Shown: positions 23,194 through 35,995, counted from the whole stretch's first letter. The stretch: 63,472 nt of DNA, filler included, from Globobulimina sp. (GCA_003354225.1; 53 parts of 53 records of this genome joined end to end with filler, not necessarily neighbours in it); one strand, 5' to 3'. Numbers and translations: made by a program. The notes: generated by a model not told the origin, from the sequence alone.

Positions 23194-24129
23194 CGTGATT
23201 CGATTGATTATCTGCTTTTGTTCAAGCTCTGTGTTTAGGAACTTTCTGTTTCTGAACCTATGCTTAAAAAAGAAATAACTTAAAAACTTAAAAACTTGAA
23301 AGAAGATAAACAAGTTTATATTTGATTGATTATTTAAATTCAGCCAATCACAAAAAACTCCTGTTCCACGTATAAAACAATGTGTTTGGTAGTGGATAAT
23401 TGCTGATAATAATGTGTATCATTTTGTTTTGTTTGTAAACGAGAGAATTTTTCAGACTGTTTCTTCGCCAGTAGAATTTTTAACAACTCTAGAAATTGTA
23501 AAAAAAAACTGCCTTTTCCCTCATTTCGAATAACTACAACCGAACCAAGAACACCTTCAAATTTATCTTTACTTGGTGGTCTGAAATGTTTATTTGTTCT
23601 ACTGGATGTTGATTGATGCGTACACTGAAAATAAAATAAAATATTACATTTATCAAACTGAGGATATGATACAAACCTCATTATTATTAGTGCGATATCT
23701 TCCTCTTAATCTTTCACATTGTTCTTCTGAAAAGCGTTCTTGAATCACTGGTTTAATCATCTCATAAGCTCTGCATTGTTTTGGATCAGTTTTATCCATG
23801 TATTTATTATATGCAAGAGTGGTTTTATGTGCATCATCTCCTCTAACAAATGGACACCATTCTGGACATTGTTCTTTATGTTTTTCTATATTATTTCCCA
23901 NNNNNNNNNNNNNNNNNNNNNNNNNNNNNNNNNNNNNNNNNNNNTTAATTAATTAANNNNNNNNNNNNNNNNNNNNNNNNNNNNNNNNNNNNNNNNNNNN
24001 TAGTTTGAATATAACTATAAAGTGTAAATAAATATATCAATAACCAGCTGCATGTGATAATCGAGGATATCATTTTCACGATTTTGCACAAAATACTAAC
24101 TATAGTTTTTGAGTGAAGTAAAAATTAAC

Positions 24130-25100
24130 ATGGCAGAATACCCGCTCCTGACACCACAAAATAATGGACCAAAAAACGTAGAATCATTTGAAATCGGAAC
24201 ATCATCCGCATCGATAGGAATTTCAGAAGGAGCGCAGCCATTATTATCACTCGATCATAATAGTTCTTTAACACAAACAGAAGAAAAGGACCCCCTGCAA
24301 TCATATGGAGGTACCACATATCAAGTATCGGGAGTCCTTGTCTTGGAGTCGGTGTCGCCGCGAAGAAAATCAACATTCATAACACAAAAGGAGGCAACAA
24401 TCCCATCCTCGGTATTTAATCTTTGTAACACAATCGTCGGAGCGGGAATACTCAGTTTACCTGAAGCCGTCTCCCAAACTGGCTATGCCGTCTCTGGCTT
24501 CTTATTCATTGGCATTGCCTTAATTAACTTATTCACACTCAATCTCAACCTAACTTGCGCTAAATTATTAGCGCCCAACTCATCCTATACCAGCTTATGC
24601 GATGCGAGCATTCCTCAGTTGAAATATATTGTGGATGCAAGCGTAGCAGTCACATGTTTTGGAGTTTGCTGTGCATATTTCGTGGTGATTGGAGATTTAT
24701 TGCCCGATGTAATAACCCATTATGTCGATACCCATAATGACAATGATTCGTGGTTTATGGCAGAGTTAAAACAGAGAGAATTTTGGATTATTATATATTT
24801 ATTTATAGTCATTTTGCCAACTCTACGTTTAAGGTAATTATATATTGAACACCGCAGCTTGTAATTTTTTATAACGTTTCTCTGATTTAAAAGGAAAATG
24901 GACTCATTACGGTTTACATCTTTTTTTGCTATATTGTGTTTTTCATACATTACAATTATTGTTGTCTCATATGCTACGATCGATGAATTGGAGCCCTGTC
25001 GACACGAAGAAGTTGAGACAGATGAATGCAAGGGAGATCTGCAAGTATGGCCCAGTGGGAACTATGGCGCATTGAAAATATTCAAAGCAATACCAATATT
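24130..25100 (+). CDS. Amino-acid transporter, AAAP/SLC38 (Avt) family, 5' part; intron 24834-24893
   Basis: SSVFNLCNTIVGAGILSLP...FGVCCAYFVVIGDLLP...LRLR|KMDSLRFTS; multiple TMs. Confidence 0.92.
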
Positions 25101-25200
25101 NNNNNNNNNNNNNNNNNNNNNNNNNNNNNNNNNNNNNNNNNNNNTTAATTAATTAANNNNNNNNNNNNNNNNNNNNNNNNNNNNNNNNNNNNNNNNNNNN

Positions 25201-26300
25201 ATAATCCACCCAACACCAAAAACAATGCTATAACAACTACCAAGGTTATGATTGTGGGAGATAATGTTTTTGTAGGTGCAATGGACGGAGCCACTGTCGG
25301 TGCTGAACTTGGAGCTAAAATTGGTAATATTGTTGGTGCAAATGTCGGTGCTGAACTCGGAGCTAAAATAGGTGCAATAGATGGAGCCAATGTTGGTGCA
25401 AATGAAGGATAGTTATTTGGTGCCATTGATGGTGGCGTTGTTGGTGCTAAATATAGATTATGTTTCGTAAAATATAAATATATCGTTACTCAGAGATTTC
25501 AGATATTAACCTGATGTTGGTACAGATGTCGGTGTAAATGATGGTGCCTTTGATGGAAAATGTGTAGGTGCAGAACTAGGCCAATTTGAAGGCGGCTGTG
25601 TTGGATAATTACTAGGCGGAGCTGTTGGTGTTAGAGTGGGTGCAATGGAGGGTGGCTGCGTTGGAGCGAGTGAAGGAGCTAAACTCGGTGCTGTAAAATA
25701 CAAAATTGTTACATATAATGTTTTTATTATTAATATCTTGTACATACCAATGGAAGGAGCTGCGCTTGGATCTGTGGTTGGATTCAAAGTAGGATCAGAT
25801 GTTGGGTCATTTGTTGGGTTTCTTGTTGGATGAACCGTTGTTTTTGTTGGGTAAGACGTTGTTGGGTTTTTTGTTGGATTATGGGTCCAAAAACAAATAT
25901 TTGTACTGATTGTATTATTCGTACATTCCCAAATATTGAAGCCAGACTGCAACATAATAGCACATGATTCGTCATATTCTGGAGTGCAATATAAATGAGG
26001 CGGAGTTAAAATATTATAACAATCCGCTGTATTTGTTGAATAATTACAAAATAATGATATATCATTAAACCCATTAATTGAATATATTTTGGCATTTGAT
26101 AACATATCGGGACCAGCACCAAACGCATTCATCACACACTCACCAGGTTTTTCTTTGAATTTTCCTGTCGGACAATATATTTTCGCATTGTTTAATGAAT
26201 CAGTACCAAATGCGGTGATTTGCAACTTTGAGGTATCTGTTTGTGCCGTAAATGTCGAGTCTCTACATTCATAGTCACTGCATTCTATAATACATTCATT
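25201..26300 (-). CDS. Cys-containing surface protein with PT/PS repeats and a C-terminal TM; spliced, partial
   Basis: IYCP...LFCNY..CY...LYC..CAI...WEC; PTKNPT/APSLAP repeats; IITLVVVIALFLVLGGL. Confidence 0.7.
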
Positions 26301-26400
26301 NNNNNNNNNNNNNNNNNNNNNNNNNNNNNNNNNNNNNNNNNNNNTTAATTAATTAANNNNNNNNNNNNNNNNNNNNNNNNNNNNNNNNNNNNNNNNNNNN

Positions 26401-27285
26401 TTTATTCACATTGATGATGATGCAAAATATAAAAAAGAAATAATAAATTTATCAAAACTGCGTATTGGCGATAATAGAGACTGGGATTCGCTCCACGATG
26501 AAATTGAGAAAAAACCAAAATTTGGATGAAAAACTATGGCGTATCCTTTAAAAACTATGGCGTATATCAAGATTTCGGAGAATAATAACAAAGTAAATAG
26601 AGAGAAACTATTGAAATCGCATGGAATTAACGTACAAACAATATATGAGAGCGGCAAGAATCTACGCGATGATATTATCGCAGCTACATCGATAAGCGTA
26701 TTGGGCATGAAAACACAAAATAACTTCAGATCAAAACCATGGATTACGGAAGAAATTAAACAGGCGATTGACACATTAAAAACCTACAAAATGGAATGGA
26801 AACGTTATTCGCGACGAAAGAAACGGAAATTTAAACACAAATTAGCAGAATTAGAAGAGGAAGCATTTTATTATGAAGAGCATGGCCGCATGTCATGGAT
26901 TGATAACTATTTACAAACTAATATCATAAATGAAAGCACGGACTTCAAAGTCATAAATCAAATCATTAATTATGGGATAAAACAACCGGATTATATCCCA
27001 ACATTAATAGATGAGGATGGAAAGATAATCGCGGAAACATCGGAAGATAAAGCAAACGCACTTTTGGCGCATAAATTAAGATTTGAAAGACGTGCATTTG
27101 CCGTCAACGACATGTCGATCAAAGAAAATCAAGAAATTGAAGCATTAATCAATGATTGGAAATTAAAAAATAAAATTGCCCCGACAGATCCCAAACTAAT
27201 ACGTGAATTAAAATATGCCAATTCCCCCCTCACAGATAGCGAAATCCAGACATCAGTATATTCGTTTGGCCCAAACAAAATGTGA
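26401..27285 (+). mobile_element. Non-LTR retrotransposon ORF2 fragment (between endonuclease and RT), degenerate
   Basis: KPWITEEIKQAI; IPTLIDEDGKIIAETSEDKANALL; NSPLTDSEIQ..V....NK; in-frame TGA at 26527 and 27283. Confidence 0.7.
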
Positions 27286-27885
27286 GAGAATTATGTACAT
27301 AGCAAAATTATTGAATTTGTCAACAAAAGTTACAACGCTTCGCAAAACTTACCAAAAGTGAAAGAATAAATTAAGAATTATCATCACCAAAAGAGAAAGA
27401 ATTGCTAATTCATACTTGGTCGCAACTGAAGTAAGATTGTCATTCCTGAATCATCATTCATGGCAAACCTTTTATGCAACTCACAATCCAATCATAAGAT
27501 NNNNNNNNNNNNNNNNNNNNNNNNNNNNNNNNNNNNNNNNNNNNTTAATTAATTAANNNNNNNNNNNNNNNNNNNNNNNNNNNNNNNNNNNNNNNNNNNN
27601 ATGCTGCTTTATTACTTCCACGAAGGACATTGTCTAACACTCAAAACGTTTTCTACTGAAATTATCAAACTTAATAATTAAAAAAAGAGAATATTAACAG
27701 TCTATAATTATGGGTCGACCCAATTAAAATTATGCACAACAATATCTTGGGTTTGCCCATCTTTTCCGAGACATTGATCCCAAAATATTTGCTTATCCAT
27801 TGCCATGAAAGTAACATTCATATTCGTTATATTTATCTTCCAACTTGAATAGAGACATGTTAACTAAAACAGTTTTCTATATTCA

Positions 27886-28700
27886 ATGTCTCGTAAGAAA
27901 GCCAACGAATTTATTTGGAGAATCCATGGTAATTTATTCACAGCATTTACAAATGCAAAGAAGGAGGAAAAGTTCACAAGCAAACAATTCAAATTATGCG
28001 GAGCAACGTGGAAATTAAATTGTTACCCCAATGGATATGAAGCAGACGACCATGGATTCTGCAGTTTATTTCTTCATTGTTGCTCAGTGCCAATATATTC
28101 TTTAAGCATTCACGTAAATTATCATATCAGTTTTGTTGAGATTGCAGAAATTAAACATTTGGCAAAATCATTTGAAAACGATATATCTTGGGGTTATTCG
28201 CAAGCATTCAAACATAGCATATTAAAACAATTAAAACCAAAGAAATTGACAATAAAAGTTATCATCCAAAGAACCATGAATATTGATAATATTTTGACAG
28301 ACAACGAATTGTATTGGAGCATTGATGGCAAATTATTACAACGGTTCAAATCTGCAGTAAACGAGGAATGTTATGATTCGCCAACGTTTAAAACAAATGA
28401 TGGATCTGTTTGGTATTTTACTTGTTATCCAAATGGAATCGATGAAATTGATGAAGCATATTTCAGTTTGTATTTGCATAACAAATCACTGTCCAATTTG
28501 CGCAAAAAAGGAATTGGAATAAATTATCAAATACAAATCATGGAATTAAATAAATCATATAATTATTCCAAAACATTTAATCAATTTGATGCTTCGTGGG
28601 GTAATTCACAGCTCTTTGAACACAAAAAATTGTATAAGTTAAGCAAGTTAACCGTTAAATGCATCATTCAGGAAAGCATGAAAATTAATCAATATAATCA
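27886..28700 (+). CDS. Tandem MATH/TRAF-domain protein, 5' part
   Basis: Two repeats of FxWxI...WxxxCYPNG...SLxLH...SWGxSQ...LTxKxII. Confidence 0.88.
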
Positions 28701-28801
28701 NNNNNNNNNNNNNNNNNNNNNNNNNNNNNNNNNNNNNNNNNNNNTTAATTAATTAANNNNNNNNNNNNNNNNNNNNNNNNNNNNNNNNNNNNNNNNNNNN
28801 A

Positions 28802-29900
28802 TACATATTGACCGATAATACAAATCTAATCCGGTCACTTCCTAAGTATTTATATCGATATGTATTGAATGGAAAATACATATGCAATGATAAAGGATTA
28901 CTATTTTATAAATATAAAGAAAATGAATATAAAATAGTTATACCTGATACTTTGCGCAAATCCATAATGAAAAACGCCCACGATTTGGTACATAATGGTA
29001 GCGGTAAAATGTATGCCTTGATTTTGAACGATTATTGGTGGCCGAAAATGAAAATAGAAGTCGGCGAATACTGCAAAACCTGTATTGGATGCCAAGCAGT
29101 AAAAGGTATACCATACAAATAAAAGCGAGGAACACTTAACTTATTCCCAGCAACGCGACCTTTTGAGCAGCTTAGCGTTGATATTGTCGGCCCGCTACCT
29201 AAAACAGATGACAATTTCCAATATTTAGTAACTATAATTGACAAATTCTCGCGATATTGTATGATAATACCAGTTAATGACACTTTGACGCCGACAGTGA
29301 TACGAGCCATAGAGCGGTCCACCAGAGTCCATATTATCCGATAACGGCTCACAATTTCTATCAAAGATATATCAACACTTTCAAAACTCAAACAAAACAA
29401 AAATAAAATACATAACTGCTTATCACCCGGAGTGCAACGGGCAAATCGAACGACTGCACCGATGGATAAAAGAAAGATTCGCATTGCTCGCTCACGACTT
29501 AGGTTTAGAAATTGCTGTTGGTAAAGTTTACCAATGTGATAATTGGTCGCATTACATTCCATTGATCCAATATTGCTATAATACGATGATAAATAGAATG
29601 ACTTTGTATACGCCGTTTGATATCGTTTTCGGCTCAAATCCTCGAGATATGGATATATTGCGATGCGACCCCAAATGCCCTGATATATATAGGAAGTATA
29701 TGGCCGTACGAATAAAATTAATACACGACAAAGCACGAGAAAAGCAACAAAATTATGATAAGATACGAAAGAAATACTATGATAAGAATAGACATAAAAT
29801 AAAGATTGAATTAAATGACTTATTAATGTATGACATATCTCAAAATATGACCAAGAATGAACGGTCATTGATACCGAACTATGTTGGTCCCTATAAAGTG
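28802..29900 (+). mobile_element. Gypsy-like integrase (HHCC + DDE core + GPY), decayed: TAA at 29120 and a deletion/frameshift near 29315
   Basis: AHDLVHNG...YWWPKM...CIGCQ; VDIVGPLP...IDKFSRY; ILSDNGSQF; TAYHPECNGQIERLHRW; YVGPYKV; same family as 7202-8041. Confidence 0.92.
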
Positions 29901-30140
29901 NNNNNNNNNNNNNNNNNNNNNNNNNNNNNNNNNNNNNNNNNNNNTTAATTAATTAANNNNNNNNNNNNNNNNNNNNNNNNNNNNNNNNNNNNNNNNNNNN
30001 TTCCTTAAAATCAACAAAAACGTACGGTCACAGTCTGCCAGGTCAGAATTTTAGATCATGATCAGATCATATTTGATCGATGCATTTAATTAAGGTACTT
30101 ATAACCTGACTGCTCAGCTTATTTCCCTGACCATCAGCTA

Positions 30141-31013
30141 TCATTCTTGACCGTACATATCTGAAAATCCATAGCCATCATTATCATTATCACTGTCACC
30201 ATCATTAACGTCATCCCCTCCATTCGTTTCTTCTTCATTACATTTCATACAACTTCCGTTGATTAGGCAATCCGCACAACATACGGCGTCGCAACATTTA
30301 CAATGATCCAAACAATCTTCACATTGACAGCCATCACACATAATACACGTTATCTCATATTTACATTCAATACAAATCTCTTCTTCACAGATATCACACT
30401 CTGATGCACAGTTTGCATCATCACATCTGGAATAACAGCAATCTTCGCATTTAATACTGCAAAGCGCACAGAGTACTGACTGACAACAATAGCATTTCAC
30501 CACACAACTCTTACATATTCTATTTGCGAACGCACATTTACATTCATTATTATTTCCACAATCCACTATATTTGGGCATATGGGTGATTTACAATTACCG
30601 CATAAATGTGTTCCAAATAACGGGAAAACGATACCGCAAAAATGACAATCGAGTTGTTTCTCTCGGCATGGCTTGCAAACCAATCCCTGCTTGATTTTAA
30701 ATATATCGTTTTCAAAGGTATCTCCATTTAAATACCATACAATCTCACCGCAATAAAAACATTTTGATATTTTGCCAGTTGCATATTCTGATATTAATTG
30801 GGAGATTGTCAATGGAGCGTTTATATTTAATATTAATTTTGTTTGCGTCAATACATTGTAAATCTCGAAATATTGTTTTTGATCATCTACATCCTCAAAT
30901 ACCGTTTTACTTTCTTTTTTTGTTGGAATGTGTGGATTTTCTCTTTGCTTCTTTGATGGTGGTTGCAATTCATCGAGACTGTGATCAATTTTTCTTTTCT
31001 GACAAGAAGACAT
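30141..31013 (-). CDS. Cys-rich protein with many CxxC/CxxxxC repeats and an acidic tail; apparently complete
   Basis: 290-aa ORF with ATG and stop, NLS-like KRK..PPSKKQR, long Cys-repeat region. Confidence 0.75.
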   Translation of the reverse strand: MSSCQKRKIDHSLDELQPPSKKQRENPHIPTKKESKTVFEDVDDQKQYFEIYNVLTQTKLILNINAPLTISQLISEYATGKISKCFYCGEIVWYLNGDTFENDIFKIKQGLVCKPCREKQLDCHFCGIVFPLFGTHLCGNCKSPICPNIVDCGNNNECKCAFANRICKSCVVKCYCCQSVLCALCSIKCEDCCYSRCDDANCASECDICEEEICIECKYEITCIMCDGCQCEDCLDHCKCCDAVCCADCLINGSCMKCNEEETNGGDDVNDGDSDNDNDGYGFSDMYGQE

Positions 31014-31199
31014 TGAATTATTATACTTATAAAAACCTCAAGAGCATTTTTAATAAAAACTGTTTTTCATAAAAACTGTTTTTCATAAAAATAATCCCAN
31101 NNNNNNNNNNNNNNNNNNNNNNNNNNNNNNNNNNNNNNNNNNNTTAATTAATTAANNNNNNNNNNNNNNNNNNNNNNNNNNNNNNNNNNNNNNNNNNNN

Positions 31200-32080
31200 A
31201 AGATTTCGAATCAAAAACATTAAAAATTATGGACACAATTATGGAAAAAAACGAAATTTTCGGCGTATCAATACCCTTAAATATAAAAAACAATATCAAT
31301 TTGCTATCAAATTATTTAAACAAGCTACATATTTGACATATTTAAACAAGCTACATACACCTAATTTGGGTGAAAGCACACAACAATGAGATTGGTAATG
31401 AAACAGCAGGGATGTATAATATTTATCGGACTTTATTCTGGAATGAAGTTGAAAAGGAATACTCAAAACATGAATGGGATAATTATAGTTATAAAGCGAT
31501 AAAAAAAGAAAATAAAAGAAAATCGTTTTACAATACATTGAATTATTGGAGAGATTACAAGAAAGAAAAGAAGAAAGGAAACAAGAATACGGATATTAAT
31601 TTGACGAAGAATTTGATTGATTGGGATATTGAGTACATTGATGCATATAAATATGAGATGAAGAATATGGTCAGATGGCAATGGAAGATTGTAGCCCAAC
31701 TACGTTCGGGCCACACACAATTAAATGGACAGAAAAAGTATGGATTCATAACTAGAAATTGTGCATTTTGTGAGAATGAAAAGAAAGATGATATAATTGA
31801 GGATATTTATCATTTATTATATGTGTGCGAAGCATATCAAAGTGAAAGAAGATCAATGATTGAAAATATAAATGAAATTGATGAGGATTATGGTAGTATG
31901 GGATTATGTAATTTATTATTTCCATATCAAGATAAGTTGATGGATAGAGACATAAATAGAAATTTGAGTGAGAAAGCAAGATTGTTGTCATTAGACTATG
32001 CCCAACTAAGTTTTTTCGAGACCGTTACATTTAAAGTCTACTTATGTCTAAGAGGATTGCTTGCTAGCAGCGTGGATTAA
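31200..32080 (+). mobile_element. Non-LTR retrotransposon 3' region: RNase H end + CCHC zinc knuckle, rearranged
   Basis: IHLIWVKAHNNEIGNETA; VAQLRSGHTQLN; CAFC...EDIYHLLYVCEAY; internal 19-bp duplication near 31314-31356. Confidence 0.82.
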
Positions 32081-32188
32081 TAAATAATCCTCACTCTATT
32101 GCCTCTACTGTCTCTCCATATGGTTTATAATCCATTTGCAAAATAAACCTCCACATAGAAAATCGATAATGGTAAATGGAACAGAAAT

Positions 32189-32255
32189 GGTTGCATAGCT
32201 CAAGCAGAGCACTGGATCGATCCAGAAGATACAGGTTCAAATCATGTGGCGACAG
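32189..32255 (+). pseudogene. Degenerate tRNA-derived sequence (Phe-like anticodon arm with a deleted loop)
   Basis: TAGCTCAA..AGAGCA, CTGGA-TCGA-TCCAG arm with a 4-nt loop, GGTTCAAATC B box; mismatched acceptor stem. Confidence 0.6.
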
Positions 32256-32398
32256 CAAAGCATTATGGAATGGATTTGGATTTTATGGAATGAATTTGNN
32301 NNNNNNNNNNNNNNNNNNNNNNNNNNNNNNNNNNNNNNNNNNTTAATTAATTAANNNNNNNNNNNNNNNNNNNNNNNNNNNNNNNNNNNNNNNNNNNN

Positions 32399-33497
32399 TG
32401 CAGTTGCTGTTTTTGAATAAATAGAAATACCGACAGCCAAAGCAACGCAAGCATCGGCTAAACCTTTTTCGTTTTCTTGAAAACAACGTGGATCAAACAA
32501 ACCGCTGAAATTAATTCATTCTAACCTAAGACAAATATAGTAGAAGGAATTACTATTTTCGACGCAAAAATTCTGATAACTCAAAGAAACGAGAGGCATG
32601 AATGTTGTGTCCAATCTCGACTTCATTATTATCTACCAAATTGGGACATATAGTGAATGTAACAGAAAGTTCGTCACCAAATCCGAGGCGATTTTGAGAC
32701 TACAATAAATTAGTAAGATTTTGAAAAATTGAACATTTACACACCTGAACTATGTTCTCGACACGTAAAAGGAACAGCGCCAAATCAAATGAACTAACGG
32801 GTGCAAGAGGAGAATGAACAGGGTAATTGAGCTCGTCACTTTCAATTGTTACTGTCATCAGGTGATTTTTCTTATTTTTCAAGTTTGCCTCCTTGACTAG
32901 ATATGTAAAAGCGACTTCTAAAAACGTTGAGTTTTTGTAAATTTTCTCAAGAATTATTACATATAAGGACCTAAAACATCCACAACAAAACCGGCTTGAC
33001 ATAGTCTACGTGCTGTGCTTGTGAAAATAATTTTGGTTTTTATGCCCTCTATGCCTAGTTTCTTAATAAACTTCTGCTCCTTCGATTCGACTTTAACAAG
33101 CAATTCAGGATCAATTTCTCCAGAAATTAAACTGTAATACAAATTATCATCATCTTCTACATTTGGCTCTGGTATGGCGGTCGTTGCAATAGCAGCTTTT
33201 GAATGAAACTTAGCCTTGAGTAATAGTAAATTAGCTTTTCGTTTAAATTTCTGAAACGCTATTTTAATAGTATAAGGCAAAATCGAGAAAATTAGGACTC
33301 ACTTGACCACAATTTCTACATCGATATGCGTGTTGTATGCTCTTTCTCTCGGGGTTAAGTATGCAGTATGAGAGATGAGAATAAAACGTATCAAATGTTG
33401 AGAATGGCATTCGCAGATTGCACCATGGGCAATTTCTGTCGGATGAGCCGACTCGATAAATGAGTGGTTTAACTTTTGGGTGAACTTTTCTAGTATG
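32399..33497 (-). mobile_element. Zinc-finger + Polinton/Maverick-type DNA polymerase B N-terminal region, split by four short introns
   Basis: Removing 33251-33302, 32918-32970, 32700-32744 and 32505-32553 gives one open frame: CPWC..H..C, CRNCGQKFKRKANL...LMTVTIESDELNYPVHSPL...FLLRVENIVQSQ...EFLRRK...DACVALAV. Confidence 0.55.
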
Positions 33498-33597
33498 NNN
33501 NNNNNNNNNNNNNNNNNNNNNNNNNNNNNNNNNNNNNNNNNTTAATTAATTAANNNNNNNNNNNNNNNNNNNNNNNNNNNNNNNNNNNNNNNNNNNN

Positions 33598-33848
33598 TCA
33601 TACACCTTCAATCGCAATGGTTTGGGTTCAATTAAATCCAGCGGCTTACCATTAACTCGGATCATGCCATGACCGTCGCCGCATAATGCAATGGCGATCG
33701 CATGTTTCTTTTTTCTGCGTCGATTTTGCTTTTTCGATTCTACTGCGTCCTCTGTGTCCGTTTTTTGTTCTGGTGGTGGGCTGGACGGCGTTGCTTTTGG
33801 CTCTGGCGGCCCCGAAGGCGTTGGTCCTGAGGGTGTGACATCTTCCAT
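33598..33848 (-). CDS. RPS16: 40S ribosomal protein uS9/S16-like, 5' part with a Pro-rich N-terminal extension
   Basis: KKKHAIAIALCGDGHGMIRVNGKPLDLIEPKPLRLKVYE. Confidence 0.8.
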
Positions 33849-33987
33849 ATTTTGAATGTTAAACTTTGATTGCAGTTTAACGCGATATCGATATGGTACA
33901 CTACACTACACTGAAGAAAAGTTTTTTTTTTGATTATGTTTAGAATATTAAGAATATTTATGGAACGTATGGCGGAAACACTTATAA

Positions 33988-34696
33988 CTATGACGATTTG
34001 ATATAAAACCATGCGATTACCCAACAACTGAGTACTATCAAAGCAAGACCCCATACAATTCCCATGACTGCTTTTTTGTGATAAAACTGCTTTATATTAT
34101 CAGCCTTTACTAAATCAACAGATTTCATAATAAAATCGTCATCTTGCAATACATCAAAATCCTTTATGAATGCATCATAAATCCATTCATTCAATTCTAA
34201 AATGAAAAAGAATGCCAAACTAATTCCTAATTGATCCGATATGTTGTTTTGATCGCGAATGGCGAGCACACTCAGCATAGCAATGCAACATTGTAAACAG
34301 ATATCATTTATTAACATTATCAGTATCCAATAATTTAATAACCCGAATTGTAATATAGACCAATAATGATATAATGTTAAAAACGATTTTCTTATCTGAC
34401 CCAAAACATAAACAAAGAGGATTATACAGGCCATCATTGCGGAAAACAATTTCATGGCTTTATCATTTTTGTCATCTGTCGAGTTGTCAACTTTAACAGA
34501 ATGCAAATAAAGAAATAATAGCCATGTGGTTGACCATTGGACACCTGAACCGAGCAAAATACATATTACCCATAAATATTTCGTTGTGTTGGGGAAATCT
34601 TTCCAAATTCCTTTATTTAACACCAAAAATAAACCGGTTAATGTATTTGATGATAACTCATCCGATCTCATTTGGGCGTCTTCATTACTCGGATCA
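33988..34696 (-). CDS. Multi-pass membrane protein, 5'-truncated
   Basis: Open frame with about five hydrophobic segments; LAFFFILELNEWIY. Confidence 0.65.
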
Positions 34697-34796
34697 NNNN
34701 NNNNNNNNNNNNNNNNNNNNNNNNNNNNNNNNNNNNNNNNTTAATTAATTAANNNNNNNNNNNNNNNNNNNNNNNNNNNNNNNNNNNNNNNNNNNN

Positions 34797-35895
34797 GACT
34801 GCAACTCCTTGATTTTCAACCTTTGCTGCAAATTGGAATTATTTGCTTTCATTTTCTCAGACTCCAACTCGTTGATATACCGCTTATATTTGATCACCTT
34901 CTCTCCAAACCGCTTTATCTCTGTCTGTTGATCTTGAGTTTGCTGCTGTAACTCAGCTATTTTCTTCGTCAATTTCCTATTCGTTGCCGAATCGCCGCCT
35001 TTTTTGTCGCTCATCCGTCGATTTTTATTCTTCGACCGCTGCGCCAAAGTATCATTTTGCTGTTTCAATTTATTCAAAGCGATTTTGATTTGCCTGTTTT
35101 CCATCTCCGACTCCTTCAACAATTTCTTGTATTTCTTCACCAATTGGTACGCATAGTTGTCGTCGGTCGAGCTGTAGCCGGACACTATGGATTCGATGCT
35201 GATCTTCCACAGAGTGCCGGCGTCGTGTTTGAATAAATAGATGTAATTATCCTCGCCCATCGTGGCGCGGACTGAGCCCGAAGCGGGCGACGAAATGTTG
35301 GGCGATTTGATGAATTTCATGCTGTCCACGTCCAACACATAGATCTTTTTTATCACTTTCTTGTCCGACGTGTAGCCGCCGATTAAAATGATGTACCTCT
35401 CATCGGCGGAGAGCACGTAGCCAAAATAGCACGCTCTTTCCGGCATTTTGCACTTTTTCAGCCATTTCTTTTTCCTCTCATTGATGGAATACACCCAAAC
35501 CATGTCGGAATACTTATGCTCGCAATATTGGTTATAACCGCCGAGCAAAACAAATTGGTTTTTGCTGCGAACGTATACTGCGTAGAAATCGTACACACAT
35601 TTTCAACAAAAAACGAGTATATAGTGGTTTAGGCACGCTTTTGTTGCGAATTGGTGTATGATTTTGGGGGTGTACCTAAGCCGCAATTTTGATTTCCTTT
35701 GACCCAGTCTGGAAATTCAAAACCTTCGTTGAAATAAGATTTCTTTTCCTTTTCGTCCTCGTCGTCAGCGTAAACGTTGCGGAGTATATGCTTTTTGTTA
35801 CGCGAACCGCCGATTAAATGGAGCTCGCCTTCCACGAATAAGGAGGACGGATTGACGCCAATTTCAATGGCGCCGTTCTTTAATTTGCTGATTTT
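34797..35895 (-). CDS. Kelch-repeat + coiled-coil protein; spliced, partial
   Basis: ELHLIGG..NKKH, FVLLGGY...VWVY...W, YIILIGGY...IYVLD, then heptad-rich tail. Confidence 0.8.
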
Positions 35896-35995
35896 NNNNN
35901 NNNNNNNNNNNNNNNNNNNNNNNNNNNNNNNNNNNNNNNTTAATTAATTAANNNNNNNNNNNNNNNNNNNNNNNNNNNNNNNNNNNNNNNNNNNN

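Noticed and set aside
29032-29868. 278-aa minus-strand ORF
   Set aside because: Antisense shadow of the plus-strand integrase; no motifs of its own
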